Counted from the first letter of the stretch, positions 9,414 through 19,957 are shown. The stretch is DNA of 64,000 nucleotides from an uncultured delta proteobacterium (GCA_963827685.1 CAWHBU010000001.1:160001-224000); one strand, 5' to 3'. Numbers and translations are program-made. The notes: a model not told the origin generated them from the sequence alone.

Positions 9414-10131
9414 TAACTAATCGTATGGCTTCTTCCAAATCGAGGCCCCCTGTATAGAGGGCGCGACCTACAATCACTCCGATGACTCCATCCGGTTCTA
9501 ACTCCAGGAGATGTTCAATGTCCTCAATTCGCGAAACTCCACCTGAAGCAATCACTGGGATCGAAGTGGATCGAGCTAAGCTCTTGGTTGACTGAACGTT
9601 TAAACCTGTGCCCATCCCGTCTCTCTCGATATCTGTGAAGATAATCGCTGAAAGGCCCATCCCTTCAAACTGATGTGTCAGATCGATCGCTTCCAAAGAA
9701 ACCACCTCATTCCAGCTCTGGATAGCAACCTTTCCTCCTTTGGCGTCGATTCCGAGGATCACCTTTTCGGGAAACCGATGGCACGCCTCCTCAATCAAGG
9801 AACGATTTTGGAAAGCCGCCGTTCCTAAGATGACCCATCTCACTCCGGATGAAAGATAATCCTCGATGGTGGCCAGATCACGAATGCCTCCGCCCACTTC
9901 GATCGGAATTTGGACGGATTGGCTGATCTCCTTGATCAGAGATTGATGAATAGGCCTCCCCGCCACGGCTCCGTTAAGATCAACCACATGAAGCCTCTCT
10001 GCTCCCTTTGACTCCCATTGCTTGGCCATTTCAACAGGATGTTCTGAATAAACTGATTCCTGATCCATCCTGCCCTGAGAGAGTCTGACACATCTCCCAT
10101 CTTTCAGGTCTACAGCAGGGATAACGATCAA
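9379..10131 (-). CDS. hisA: ProFAR isomerase
   Basis: IPAVDLKDGRCVRL, LHVVDL, EVGGGIR, FTDIERDG. Confidence 0.98.
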   Translation of the reverse strand: MIVIPAVDLKDGRCVRLSQGRMDQESVYSEHPVEMAKQWESKGAERLHVVDLNGAVAGRPIHQSLIKEISQSVQIPIEVGGGIRDLATIEDYLSSGVRWVILGTAAFQNRSLIEEACHRFPEKVILGIDAKGGKVAIQSWNEVVSLEAIDLTHQFEGMGLSAIIFTDIERDGMGTGLNVQSTKSLARSTSIPVIASGGVSRIEDIEHLLELEPDGVIGVIVGRALYTGGLDLEEAIRLVKKAEGRSQKPE

Positions 10132-10784
10132 GGCGTTTCCTCCAACTCCTTGGGTCCGGGGAAACGTTTCAACATCTCATCCATTCCCACGCTTGAGAGT
10201 TCTTCTGCCGTCAGCCAAGAGGCTTTTCTTCTAAAGAAAGACCCTATTTTGAGAAGGTTCTCGCTAAGGGGCTTTTGCGTCTCATCAAATTTTCCTATCC
10301 ACACCATCTTCTCGTCCCTCAACCGGATGAGATGGACATCGAAGCCCACCGAGGCGGGTTTCTCCGCACCGATATGAGATCCAATCCTTTCCTCAAAACG
10401 GAAGACATATCCAATAAAAATAAAATCCATGTTCAATGTTTTTCCTAACTGGATGGATGAACGCATGGGTTTTATTTCGAACTGCCTCCTGTCGCTTTGG
10501 GAAAGAGCTTCTTCCACTTTTTCCCGAGGAAGAATCTTGAATGTATCCATGGCCTCCATCTTCTCTTGGAGAAGCCGGGTCAGAGTATTTTGTGATCCGG
10601 CTGAAATATCTCCTTTCCGGTAGACCCCTTTACAAATAGGACAAACCGCCCCCCTTCCTGGATCTTCAACTCTCTCGATAAAAAACGGAAAGATGGCTAA
10701 GTTGGGTTTCGTCTCTGCCATCAATTGAACGCTCCATGCGAGGGTCATCCCCAACACGAAAACCAGTAACAGAAACTTTTTCAT
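10128..10784 (-). CDS. Hypothetical exported protein with a CPIC motif
   Basis: Signal peptide MKKFLLLVFVLGMTLAWS, GGAGG RBS, stop overlaps the hisA start. Confidence 0.75.
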   Translation of the reverse strand: MKKFLLLVFVLGMTLAWSVQLMAETKPNLAIFPFFIERVEDPGRGAVCPICKGVYRKGDISAGSQNTLTRLLQEKMEAMDTFKILPREKVEEALSQSDRRQFEIKPMRSSIQLGKTLNMDFIFIGYVFRFEERIGSHIGAEKPASVGFDVHLIRLRDEKMVWIGKFDETQKPLSENLLKIGSFFRRKASWLTAEELSSVGMDEMLKRFPGPKELEETP

Positions 10785-10818
10785 CTGTCCCCTCCTTTGG
10801 ACACTTTTCATCTTTTCT

Positions 10819-11472
10819 TCACTTCTTAGCTCCAATCTTCTTGGCGTCCTCCAAAAATTGTGCAATCCCTTTATCGGTCAGTGGATGTTTCACCATCTGC
10901 TCGATGATGGCGGGAGGGATTGTCACAATTTCTGCCCCCAACATTCCAGCCTCCATGACATGAATGGGATTCCGGACACTGGCGACAATAATCTGTGTTT
11001 CTATGTTTGGATAGTTCCCGTAGATTCCCTTGATCTGCCGAATCAGCTCAAGTCCGTTGAAACTGATATCGTCGAGCCTTCCTAAAAAAGGACAAACATA
11101 AGTGGCGCCAGCCTTTGCAGCCAAAATAGCCTGGCTGGCTGAAAAGAGGAGGGTAACGTTTGTATGAATCCTTTCTGAGGAAAGGATCTTGACTGTTTTT
11201 AAACCTTCTGGAGTGATGGGAATTTTGATGACAATCTCTTCTCCCCAGGTAGCCATGACCTTTGCTTCCTTCACCATCTCCCCACTGGTCGTTCCTGTCA
11301 CTTCCACGTTGACCGGTCCCTTCACTTCCTCTGAAATCTTTCGGATCAGCGACTCTGTCTCCTCTCCTTCTTTTGCAAGAAGTGTAGGATTGGTCGTCAC
11401 TCCATCGACCAAGCCAAGCGCCTTCGCCTTCCTGATCTCGTTGAGATTCGCCGTATCGATGAAGATCTTCAC
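10819..11472 (-). CDS. tal: Small transaldolase (Tal/FSA family)
   Basis: FIDTAN, GVTTNP, VIKIP, NVTLLFS, PFLGRLDD; Glu and Phe at the Tal-versus-FSA discriminating positions. Confidence 0.88.
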   Translation of the reverse strand: MKIFIDTANLNEIRKAKALGLVDGVTTNPTLLAKEGEETESLIRKISEEVKGPVNVEVTGTTSGEMVKEAKVMATWGEEIVIKIPITPEGLKTVKILSSERIHTNVTLLFSASQAILAAKAGATYVCPFLGRLDDISFNGLELIRQIKGIYGNYPNIETQIIVASVRNPIHVMEAGMLGAEIVTIPPAIIEQMVKHPLTDKGIAQFLEDAKKIGAKK

Positions 11473-11500
11473 GTTTCAACCTCCTCTCTTATTAAAAAAT

Positions 11501-11707
11501 CGCAAAGGGCATAGAGTCAAGCGCATAGCGCCTAAAATCCCAAATCACAAAATCCAAATTACAAATAAGCTCCAAATTCCAATTTCAAATGACCAAAACG
11601 ATTTTGTTTGAGATTTCGAATTTGGACCGTTGGAATTTGTTTGTTATTTGGTGCTTATGATTTGGTGCTTCCATGTATGCTATGCTCCAGGCGCTTTGCG
11701 CTATGCT
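11501..11707. repeat. Nested repeat: GCATAGC/GCTATGC outer element containing the 136-bp element copy B (11535-11670)
   Basis: Outer arms GCAAAGGGCATAGAG..GCGCATAGCG and GCTATGCTCC..CGCTTTGCGCTATGC. Confidence 0.85.
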
Positions 11708-11716
11708 GTTTATTGA

Positions 11717-12550
11717 TTAAACAATCCCCCATTCTCTCACCATATCGTGAATGGCTTTTGTCTGCTTGAGAAGATTTTCCATTTCGTTGAGTGGAATCAT
11801 GCTCGAGGCGTCACAGAGGGCTTGACTCGGTCTTGGATGAGTCTCCAGGAAAAGACCATTGCAACCAACCGCCGCCGCTGCTCTCGAGAGATGGGGAACA
11901 TATTGGGGACTGCCTCCCCCCGGATCCTCACTCGGGATACCATAATTTCTGATGACGTGGGTGGCATCGAAGATCACCGGGCAGCCGATTTCCTGCATGA
12001 TAGGAATAGAACAAAAGTCTGAAATCAATTTATTATAGCCGAAACAAGTTCCTCTCTCGGTCAAAAGGACCTGTCGATTCCCGGTGCTGTAAATCTTCTT
12101 CACGGCTCCTGCCATGCTTTCAGGTGCAACGAATTGCCCCTTCTTGATATTGACCACTTTGCCTGCCGCCCCCACTTTAAGAAGAAGGCTCGTCTGCTGG
12201 CAGAGAAACGCGGGGATTTGGAGAATATCAAGGACCTCTTTTGCCGAATCCACATCTTCCATCCGATGGATGTCAGAGAGGACAGGAACACCCACTTTCT
12301 CTTTCACTTTGGACAAGATCTTCAAACCCTTTTCAAGACCCGGGCCTTTATAAGATCTTTCTGAACCCCGATTGTCTTTCTCATAAGAGGCCTTAAAGAT
12401 ATAGGAAATCTTCAGATTTGAACAGATCTTCTTCATCTCCTTAGCCACCTCGAGGGCATTTGCTTCACTCTCGATCACACAGGGTCCTGCAATGAGAACC
12501 AGAGGGTTCCCTTTTCCGATTTGAATCTCTCCCACCTTAACCTCATTCAT
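11717..12550 (-). CDS. kdsA: KdsA-like (KDO8P synthase family) aldolase with divergent substrate motifs
   Basis: LIAGPCVIE, VNIKKGQF, LTERG, VIFDATH, FLETHP; but KDNRG and PAFLCQ replace KANRS and PAFLxR. Confidence 0.8.
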   Translation of the reverse strand: MNEVKVGEIQIGKGNPLVLIAGPCVIESEANALEVAKEMKKICSNLKISYIFKASYEKDNRGSERSYKGPGLEKGLKILSKVKEKVGVPVLSDIHRMEDVDSAKEVLDILQIPAFLCQQTSLLLKVGAAGKVVNIKKGQFVAPESMAGAVKKIYSTGNRQVLLTERGTCFGYNKLISDFCSIPIMQEIGCPVIFDATHVIRNYGIPSEDPGGGSPQYVPHLSRAAAAVGCNGLFLETHPRPSQALCDASSMIPLNEMENLLKQTKAIHDMVREWGIV

Positions 12551-12593
12551 GGATTACTCCTCCGCTTTATTGTTAAATGCTCCGTAGTAAAAC

Positions 12594-12650
12594 GTAGCGT
12601 CGGCATTTATTGCCGACGCTCTCTTCACCCCCAATAAATGAGGGCGCTAC
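12594..12650. repeat. GTAG-type REP-like doublet (uninterrupted copy)
   Basis: GTAGCGTCGGCATTTATTGCCGACGCT...CCCCCAATAAATGAGGGCGCTAC, 57 bp, two hairpins. Confidence 0.9.
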
Positions 12651-12676
12651 AGAGCCTTGGGCGTTCCCGTCTATAG

Positions 12677-13294
12677 TCAAATCGATTTTACAAAATTTTC
12701 CAATATTCTCAATCCTTTTTGTTGACTCTTCTCCGGATGGAATTGGGTGGCAAAGACGTTCTCCTTCCAGATGCTGGAGACGAAAGGTCTGCTATAGGTA
12801 GTGAAAGTGGAGATCCACTGTGTCTCTTCTGGAATGACATAATAGGAGTGGACAAAATAGAAAAAATCCCCACTCACTATGCCCTGGAGCATGGGAACCT
12901 CGCTCTCCTTCTCAATTGTATTCCAACCCATATGGGGAACCTTATGCTCCGGATCGGGCTTGAATTTCACCACTTTTCCTCTGATCAGATCTAATCCCTT
13001 GTGGGCTCCAAACTCTTCGCTTTCAGAGAAAAGAATTTGGAGCCCAAGGCAGATGCCTAAATAGGGCTTTCCTTTCTCAATGGATCGAAGCAGAGGTTCG
13101 ACGAGTCCGTGCCTTTCCAGATTTTCCATGCAATCTTTAAACGCCCCTACCCCCGGAAGTACAATGGCAGAAGCCCCTCCAATCTCCTTTTTGTTTCGGG
13201 TCAATTTTGCTTCAAAACCAATCTTCTCAAAACCCTTCTGCACATTTCTAAGATTTCCCATTCCGTAATCAATGATGACAATCCTTGGAGTCAT
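12677..13294 (-). CDS. hisH: Imidazole glycerol phosphate synthase glutaminase subunit
   Basis: IDYGMGNL, LPGVGAF, LGICLG, PHMGWN, QFHPEKS. Confidence 0.98.
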   Translation of the reverse strand: MTPRIVIIDYGMGNLRNVQKGFEKIGFEAKLTRNKKEIGGASAIVLPGVGAFKDCMENLERHGLVEPLLRSIEKGKPYLGICLGLQILFSESEEFGAHKGLDLIRGKVVKFKPDPEHKVPHMGWNTIEKESEVPMLQGIVSGDFFYFVHSYYVIPEETQWISTFTTYSRPFVSSIWKENVFATQFHPEKSQQKGLRILENFVKSI

Positions 13295-13312
13295 GGTTCT
13301 CTCACTGAACAC

Positions 13313-13409
13313 CAGGGTTCGAGGGTTCAAGGATTCGTGGGTTCAAGTTTAAGTAATTTAAAGAAACCATTTTACTTGACCGCTGGAACCCTGGACCCCT
13401 AGAACCCTC
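13313..13409. repeat. Octamer-periodic inverted element (GGGTTCNA type)
   Basis: GGGTTCGA GGGTTCAA GGATTCGT GGGTTCAA ... TGGAACCC TGGACCCC TAGAACCC. Confidence 0.8.
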
Positions 13410-13414
13410 ATCAT

Positions 13415-14008
13415 TTATAGAATTCCTTTGGTTGATGGAATTTGAGAGGCCCGCTCATCAAAAGAGACCGCCTCTCTCAGCGCCCTTCCAAATCCTTTGA
13501 ACACAGCTTCTACCATATGATGGCTATTTCTCCCATAAAGGAGGTTGATGTGAAGGGTGATCCTCGCATGATTGCTAAGAGCCTTGAAGAACTCCTCCAC
13601 TAACTCGGGGTCAAAGGTCCCGATTCTCGATCTTCTTAGTTTCATCTGAAAGACAAGGCAAGGCCTCATTGAAAGATCCAATGCAACGGAGACTAACGTT
13701 TCATCCATTGGAATCATGGCCATCCCGTATCTTTGGATACCTTTCGCCTCTCCAATGGCCTTTCTGATCCCATCCCCAAGACAGATGCCCACGTCCTCCA
13801 CGGTGTGGTGTGCATCTACCCCGATATCGCCCTTTGCTTTGAGGGAGAGGTCCATGCGGCTGTGATAGGCCAACAGGCTGAGCATGTGATCGAAGAAAGG
13901 AATTCCAGTCTTGATCGAATGTTTTCCGTTTCCATCCAGATTTAGTTTTAAGACAACCGCTGTCTCCTTTGTCTTCCGCTTCACCTCTGCCTTGCGATTC
14001 CGTTTCAT
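13415..14008 (-). CDS. hisB: Imidazoleglycerol-phosphate dehydratase
   Basis: RKTKET, FFDHML, DAHHTVED, NSHHMVEAVFK, PSTKG. Confidence 0.98.
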   Translation of the reverse strand: MKRNRKAEVKRKTKETAVVLKLNLDGNGKHSIKTGIPFFDHMLSLLAYHSRMDLSLKAKGDIGVDAHHTVEDVGICLGDGIRKAIGEAKGIQRYGMAMIPMDETLVSVALDLSMRPCLVFQMKLRRSRIGTFDPELVEEFFKALSNHARITLHINLLYGRNSHHMVEAVFKGFGRALREAVSFDERASQIPSTKGIL

Positions 14009-15333
14009 CTTTTCTCCCTGCCCTGAATGCTACGTCGTTCAGGGTCCGTCCTCTTCTGAATCGATTGATAGTGTCCTTCCAATCCTTCCCACTCGGCAAA
14101 TCTCTTGACATCTTTCTCAAACCGCTCCAATGCACCTCGTGTAAAACTCAGCAGATTGGTCCTCTTGATAAAATCCTCCACCCCCAAGGGTGAAGAGAAC
14201 CGAGCTGTGCCGGCTGTGGGAAGAATATGGTTGGGCCCTGCCATATAATCTCCAATAGCCTCAGGCGCATAGGGGCCAAGAAAGACGGCACCTGCGTGTC
14301 GCACACTTTTTATTAGCGAGAGAGGTCTCGAAACAGCAAGCTCCAAATGCTCCGGAGCAATCCGGTTCACCCACTGCATTGCCTGCTCGAGATTTTTGAC
14401 AATCAGAATCGCACCTCTTCGATCCAGGCTTTCAGAGGCCACTTTCCTCCTTTTTAGAGAGGAAAGTTGTCTCTCCACTTCTTTCTTTACTTCCCTTCCG
14501 AATGCTTCAGAGCTGGTAATCAGAATGGCAAGCGCCATTTCATCATGCTCAGCCTGGGAGATGAGATCTGCTGCGACAAAGGAAGAAGGCGTGCTCTCAT
14601 CGGAGACGATCACAATCTCACTTGGCCCAGCCACCATATCGATATCTACCTCGCCGTAGACCAATCTCTTGGCCGCTGCCACATATTGATTTCCCGGTCC
14701 CACAATCTTGTCCACCTTGGAAATCGATTTCGTCCCATAGGCCAGAGCGGCAACAGCCTGAACGCCTCCTACCCGATAGATTCGATCCACCCCTGCCAAA
14801 TCCGCTGCGACCAGGACAGCAGGACTGATCCCCTCTTTCCGGGGGGGAGTCACCATGAGAATTTCCTGAACCCCCGCCACCTTCGCAGGGATGGCCGCCA
14901 TGAGAACGGTCGAAGGATAAGAGGCTTTTCCACCGGGAACATAGATGCCTACCCTCTCTAAGGGCCTCATCACCTGCTCAAGCCGAATCCCTCTCTCTCC
15001 TGCCTTCAATGATGGGATTAATCTCTTGCTCATAAGGTGATGAAACTTTTGAATCCGCTGGGTTGCCTTCTTGAGTGTTCCTAAAAAATCCCGAGGGACC
15101 CCTCTGTAAGCCTCTTTCACCTCGCTTCTCTTCACTTGGAGTTGATGGATCGGAATTCGTAAGCCGTCGAAGACTTGAGTGTAATGAACGAGAGCTTCAT
15201 CTCCTCGTTTTCTCACATCCTCCAATATGGAACGGACTTTCTTTTCGAACCGAAGGCTATTCCGAGCCATTCTTCCTTCCACCTCGGAGAGGTATCTCTC
15301 AAATCCTTTTTCTCCAGCTCGAAAAACTCTCAC
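14005..15333 (-). CDS. hisD: Histidinol dehydrogenase
   Basis: [48 protein letters not shown]. Confidence 0.98.
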   Translation of the reverse strand: MRVFRAGEKGFERYLSEVEGRMARNSLRFEKKVRSILEDVRKRGDEALVHYTQVFDGLRIPIHQLQVKRSEVKEAYRGVPRDFLGTLKKATQRIQKFHHLMSKRLIPSLKAGERGIRLEQVMRPLERVGIYVPGGKASYPSTVLMAAIPAKVAGVQEILMVTPPRKEGISPAVLVAADLAGVDRIYRVGGVQAVAALAYGTKSISKVDKIVGPGNQYVAAAKRLVYGEVDIDMVAGPSEIVIVSDESTPSSFVAADLISQAEHDEMALAILITSSEAFGREVKKEVERQLSSLKRRKVASESLDRRGAILIVKNLEQAMQWVNRIAPEHLELAVSRPLSLIKSVRHAGAVFLGPYAPEAIGDYMAGPNHILPTAGTARFSSPLGVEDFIKRTNLLSFTRGALERFEKDVKRFAEWEGLEGHYQSIQKRTDPERRSIQGREKR

Positions 15334-16592
15334 TCTTCTCCCTCTTTCACCCTTTTAATATTCGCTCCGAGGTTGGCCAATTTTTTGTCCAGTCCCTCAT
15401 ACCCTCGGTCTAAGTGATAGACTCTGGAGACCTCCGTCACACCCTCTGAAGCCAATCCGGCCAGAACGAGGGAGGCACTGGCTCTTAAATCACTCGCCAT
15501 CACCGGTGCTCCACTTAAGCTTTCCACACCCTGAATGATGGCTGAATCGCCTTGGATGCGAATATCGGCTCCCATTCTTCTCAGTTCGCTCACATGGATA
15601 AATCGATTTTCGAAGATGGTTTCGGAAATGACACTCAACCCTTTTGCCATGGACATCAAGACCATGAACTGGGCCTGCATATCCGTTGGGAATCCAGGAT
15701 AAGGTTGCGTCTTGACATCCACGCTCCGAATTCTTTTCGTACCCACCGCCCTGACCCCGTCTCCCTCGGACTCAATCTCCATGCCCGATTCTCTTAATTT
15801 GTGGACAACCATTTCCATTTCAGAAAGAGGACAATGGAGAATCTTTATATTTCCGCGCGTCAGTCCAGCTGCCACCATCAACGTCCCGGCCTCGATCCGA
15901 TCCGGAGTGATCGTATGCTCAACGGCATGAAGCGATTTCACCCCTTCGATCTCGATCACATTCGTCCCTGCACCACTGATCTTTGCCCCCATTTTATTCA
16001 GGACATTTGCTAAGTCAACCACCTCGGGCTCCATGGCAGCATTCTGCAAAGTGGTCTTTCCTTTAGCAAGCGTCGCGGCGATCATCAGATTCTCTGTCCC
16101 AGTAACGGTGACGGTGTCAAAGGAGATATTCGCTCCCCTCAACACGTCGGCCTTTGCCTCGATGTATCCATGACGGAGTTCGATCTTCGCTCCCATGGCC
16201 TCAAGACCCATGAGGTGGAGATTGATCGGCCGTGCGCCAATGGCACATCCTCCTGGAAGAGAAACGGTAGCTCTCTTCATACGAGCCACCAAAGGGCCTA
16301 AGACGAGAATAGATGCCCTCATGGTCTTCACCAAATCATAGGGGGCCTCATCACTGGAGACCTCTGTGGCATTGATCTGATAAACCCCTCCATCCTCCGA
16401 TACTTTTACTCCGAGATTTTTAAGGACCTTGATGATGGTCTGGACGTCCCGCAGGTTCGGAACATTATGGAATCGATTGTCTCCTTCGCTCAGGAGACAG
16501 GAGGCGAAGATCGGAAGGGTGGCGTTCTTTGAGCCGCTCACCCCCACTTCGCCAATTAACCTTTCCCCTCCTCGTATGACGATTTTATCCAT
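15330..16592 (-). CDS. murA: UDP-N-acetylglucosamine 1-carboxyvinyltransferase
   Basis: [41 protein letters not shown]. Confidence 0.99.
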   Translation of the reverse strand: MDKIVIRGGERLIGEVGVSGSKNATLPIFASCLLSEGDNRFHNVPNLRDVQTIIKVLKNLGVKVSEDGGVYQINATEVSSDEAPYDLVKTMRASILVLGPLVARMKRATVSLPGGCAIGARPINLHLMGLEAMGAKIELRHGYIEAKADVLRGANISFDTVTVTGTENLMIAATLAKGKTTLQNAAMEPEVVDLANVLNKMGAKISGAGTNVIEIEGVKSLHAVEHTITPDRIEAGTLMVAAGLTRGNIKILHCPLSEMEMVVHKLRESGMEIESEGDGVRAVGTKRIRSVDVKTQPYPGFPTDMQAQFMVLMSMAKGLSVISETIFENRFIHVSELRRMGADIRIQGDSAIIQGVESLSGAPVMASDLRASASLVLAGLASEGVTEVSRVYHLDRGYEGLDKKLANLGANIKRVKEGEE

Positions 16593-17622
16593 TCTTCGCT
16601 CCGTTAAATCCCCCCTTCCCCCCTTTACTAAAGGGGGGAGATGCGGGGATTTTCTGTGCCTTCACGACTCTTTCTGTGCCAGATAAGTCTGGCAGAATTT
16701 GTGGCCTTAGAAAAGCTCCACTGCTCTCGATTTGTTTCGCGACCATTTCGGCCTGGCCCTGACCCACTTCCATCAGGAGCCATCCTCCTCCTCGCAGAGA
16801 GGAAGGAGCTTGAGAGATGAGGCGCCTGTAAAATTCTAATCCGTCCTCTCCTCCATCCAAAGCGATGACGGGTTCATAATCCCTCACCTCTTTAGCCAAA
16901 GACCCGATCTCGGACCGTATAATATAGGGAGGATTAGAAAGAATAAGATCGAAACCCTCTCTCTCTTTTGAAGAGTGAAAGGGATCCAAGAGATCGCCAT
17001 TCACAAATTCTATCTGATGCTGGACGCCCGCCGATTCAGCATTCTCCTTTGCCAAGACAAGAGCGTCTCTTGAGATATCGGTAGCTACCAGAAATATATT
17101 TTTCACCTCTTTCGCCAAGGCGATAGCAATCGCACCGCTTCCCGTCCCTATTTCGAGAACAGATGGGACTCCGCCCAAAGAATTTTCTGAGAGGATCAAC
17201 TCTTCGGCTCTCGCCGCCTTGCAGGCTGCAGTTTGCTCAGAGTTGATACTGAGTGGTACTATTGACCCCGCCTTTACGGGCGGAGTTTGGTACTGTCGAA
17301 GTATCAAGAGGCTTTGTTCAACCAGAAGCTCTGTTTCCGGTCTTGGAATGAGGACCCGAGGGTCCACCTTAAAACCGATCGACCAAAACTCCTGATGTTT
17401 TAAAATGTATTGAAGAGGTTCTCCCGAAATTCTTCTTTGGATCATCTTCTCCAGGGTCTCTCTCTCCCTTTCCTTGAGTGAGCTATGGAAATTCCTATAG
17501 AGCCCTTCTCTGCTGAGATTCAAAGAACGGGCCAGAAGAAGTTCTGCATCCAGCCGAGGACTTTGAATCTGATGATCCTTCAAACGATTCGTCGACCAAT
17601 TGAGGAGTTCTAAAACCGTCAT
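16585..17622 (-). CDS. prmC: Release-factor glutamine methyltransferase with a 36-aa in-frame repeat insertion
   Basis: [39 protein letters not shown]; downstream of prfA. Confidence 0.96.
   Translation of the reverse strand: MTVLELLNWSTNRLKDHQIQSPRLDAELLLARSLNLSREGLYRNFHSSLKERERETLEKMIQRRISGEPLQYILKHQEFWSIGFKVDPRVLIPRPETELLVEQSLLILRQYQTPPVKAGSIVPLSINSEQTAACKAARAEELILSENSLGGVPSVLEIGTGSGAIAIALAKEVKNIFLVATDISRDALVLAKENAESAGVQHQIEFVNGDLLDPFHSSKEREGFDLILSNPPYIIRSEIGSLAKEVRDYEPVIALDGGEDGLEFYRRLISQAPSSLRGGGWLLMEVGQGQAEMVAKQIESSGAFLRPQILPDLSGTERVVKAQKIPASPPFSKGGKGGFNGAKNG
16606..16652. repeat. C-rich/G-rich hairpin forming the prmC C-terminal codons
   Basis: AAATCCCC..TCCCCCCTTT-act-AAAGGGGGGA..GGGGATTT, translated as [16 protein letters not shown]. 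Confidence 0.8.
17195..17307. repeat. 108-bp nested palindromic insertion inside prmC
   Basis: Flanked by ATCAA direct repeats (17195-17199 and 17303-17307); several internal hairpins. Confidence 0.85.
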
Positions 17623-17637
17623 TCTTAAACCATTCTT

Positions 17638-17801
17638 CCAAGTGTCAAAGTTCGCACCAAGTGATGAACCGAAGGTGAATCAAGCCCCAATAAAACCCAG
17701 AGTCCCAATGCCAAAAATTGGGTTCCGAATAAATGCATTTTTGAAATCTAAAGTTTGAACTTTGAGCTTCATTTGGCATTTGAGCTTTGAAATTTGGAAT
17801 T
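17638..17801. repeat. Heptamer-periodic inverted element overlapping the prfA stop
   Basis: Right arm TTTGAAC TTTGAGC ..TTTGGCA TTTGAGC TTTGAAA TTTGGAA; degenerate left arm. Confidence 0.75.
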
Positions 17802-18869
17802 CTCCAATTCTCCTTTCAATATATCTGCTTGATAATGTGTGGTCAATGCATCGATGATCTCCTCGATTTCTCCCTCAAGGATAGATTCCAGTCGATAAAG
17901 GGTCAATCCGATCCGGTGATCAGTCACTCTCCCTTGGGGAAAGTTATAGGTCCGGATGCGTTCGCTTCGTTCTCCTGTCCCCACCTGGTTTCTTCTCTTT
18001 TCCGAAATCTCCGTCTGTTTCTCTTGCTGGGCTTTATCCATTAGCCTCGCCCGAAGGATTTTAAGGGCTTTGGCCTTATTTTTGTGCTGCGACTTTTCAT
18101 CCTGACAGGACACCACGATTCCCGTGGGGAGATGGGTAATCCGCACAGCGGAGTCTGTGGTGTTGACGCTCTGACCTCCCGGTCCCGATGATCTGAAGAT
18201 ATCAATTCGCACATCATTGGCATCGATCTGAACATCCACCTCTTCTGCCTCTGGAAGGATAGCCACGGTCACCGTGGAGGTATGAATACGGCCTTGAGAT
18301 TCTGTGACGGGAACTCTTTGAACCCGGTGGACGCCACTCTCAAATTTCAGTCGACTGTAGACCCCTTTCCCCTCAATCAGGGCGATCATCTCTTTGAACC
18401 CTCCCACACCCGTATAGTGGCGACTCAATATCTCCATGCGCCAGCCTCGTTTTTCAGCAAACTTGGAATACATCCTGAAGAGATCTCCTGCGAAAAGCCC
18501 TGCTTCCTCTCCTCCAGTTCCTGCACGGATTTCAAGCAAGATGTTTTTTTCGTCATAAGGATCTTTGGGGAGAAGCGCCATTTTTAACTCCTCCTCGACC
18601 TTTTCCTTCTGCTGGTTCAACCGATTGACTTCCTCTTTGGCCAACCGTTTCATTTCTTCATCTTCTTCGTTATCAAGGAGGTGCTGGCTTCCTTTGATCT
18701 CCTCTTCCAATTTTTTAAGCCTTCGGTAAAGGTCGACCACCTTTCCCAGTTCGGCATACTCTTTGGCAGCCTTCTGAAATTCATCCTGTTTCGTGATCAA
18801 CTCGGGTTGGCCGAGGAGGTAGGAGAGTGTCTCGTACCGATGCTCGACCTCTTCTAATTTCTCAAACAT
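17769..18869 (-). CDS. prfA: Peptide chain release factor 1
   Basis: [11 protein letters not shown] anticodon-mimic motif, [12 protein letters not shown]; start MFEKL. Confidence 0.99.
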   Translation of the reverse strand: MFEKLEEVEHRYETLSYLLGQPELITKQDEFQKAAKEYAELGKVVDLYRRLKKLEEEIKGSQHLLDNEEDEEMKRLAKEEVNRLNQQKEKVEEELKMALLPKDPYDEKNILLEIRAGTGGEEAGLFAGDLFRMYSKFAEKRGWRMEILSRHYTGVGGFKEMIALIEGKGVYSRLKFESGVHRVQRVPVTESQGRIHTSTVTVAILPEAEEVDVQIDANDVRIDIFRSSGPGGQSVNTTDSAVRITHLPTGIVVSCQDEKSQHKNKAKALKILRARLMDKAQQEKQTEISEKRRNQVGTGERSERIRTYNFPQGRVTDHRIGLTLYRLESILEGEIEEIIDALTTHYQADILKGELENSKFQSSNAK

Positions 18870-18884
18870 CTCTTTCCCCTTCAA

Positions 18885-18990
18885 ACAATGACAAATGTCA
18901 AAATCCAAAGTTCAAATGAATGTCCAATGGCCTTAATGTCAAAATTTCTTTTTTGGTAAATTTTGTTATTTGAGCTTTGAAATTTGACAT
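18885..18990. repeat. Heptamer-periodic inverted element upstream of prfA
   Basis: CAATGAC AAATGTC AAAATCC AAAGTTC ... TTTGAGC TTTGAAA TTTGACA. Confidence 0.8.
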
Positions 18991-19003
18991 TATCCCTTAT
19001 CTT

Positions 19004-19957
19004 TTATCGATGTCCCTCTAACTCCAGTACTTCATGAAGGGCACGGAGTGCGACCTCAATCTGATCTTCAGAAGGCTCGCGGGTAGTCATCCGTTGGAGC
19101 CAGAGGCCGGGCTTGATGAAATATTGCATGCCTTTGCTCTCTCGCTTTTGATCGGCGAATCGGATGATCTCATAAGCAAGCCCTGCGATAAGAGGGATGA
19201 AAACCACCCGAGAGGCCACTTTATATCCGAACGAAAGATGGTGAGGGATGAGGGCAAAGACCAAAATGCTCACCACCATGACCATAAGAAGGAAGCTTGT
19301 TCCACATCTGGGATGAAGATAGCTAAAGCCCTTTACCCGGTCGGCCATCAACGCCTCACCGGACTCGAAGGCGAAGATCGATTTGTGTTCGGCACCATGA
19401 TATTCAAAGATTCTTCGAATCTCTTTGAAAAAGGAGATGGCCCACAGGTAAGCCAGAAAGATCATCAATCGGATGATCCCATCCACCAGATTGAAGAGGA
19501 TCCCGCTTGTGGAAACCGTGGGGATAAAAAACCGCAACCACTTCGTTAAAAAAAGAGGGATGAGAAAGAAGAGGAAGATGCCGAAACAGAGGGCGAAGGT
19601 AAACGTAAGACCCATGGTCCAGGAGCTGACTTCTTGCTCTTCCTCAAGGGACTGATTGGCCGAAAAATTGAGAGCCTTCATCCCCAAAACCAGGGCGGAG
19701 AGCAAGTTGATCACCCCCCGGATCAAAGGAACTTTGGAGAAAAATTTTTTTTCAGAAAAGAAGTCCAACCTCTCCCGTTTTACCACAATCTCGCCATTGG
19801 GCCTCCGGACCGCAACGGCCATGGAATTGGGAGATCTCATCATCACCCCTTCGATCACAGCCTGTCCGCCGACTCGAATGCGATCCTCCCTTTTTTTGGA
19901 GATAGATGGATTGGATCGAGGATATCCCTGCCCAGCATCCCTTCTCCCAAAGAGCAT
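19004..19957 (-). CDS. DUF1385 family membrane protein
   Basis: VGGQAVIEGVMM, YHGAEHK, HPRCGTSF; usual position between rpmE and prfA; start uncertain. Confidence 0.92.
   Translation of the reverse strand: MLFGRRDAGQGYPRSNPSISKKREDRIRVGGQAVIEGVMMRSPNSMAVAVRRPNGEIVVKRERLDFFSEKKFFSKVPLIRGVINLLSALVLGMKALNFSANQSLEEEQEVSSWTMGLTFTFALCFGIFLFFLIPLFLTKWLRFFIPTVSTSGILFNLVDGIIRLMIFLAYLWAISFFKEIRRIFEYHGAEHKSIFAFESGEALMADRVKGFSYLHPRCGTSFLLMVMVVSILVFALIPHHLSFGYKVASRVVFIPLIAGLAYEIIRFADQKRESKGMQYFIKPGLWLQRMTTREPSEDQIEVALRALHEVLELEGHR

Noticed and set aside
11501-11707. Periodic repeats as a CRISPR array
   Set aside because: Units are 7-8 nt with no unique spacers, the arms are inverted, and there are no cas genes.
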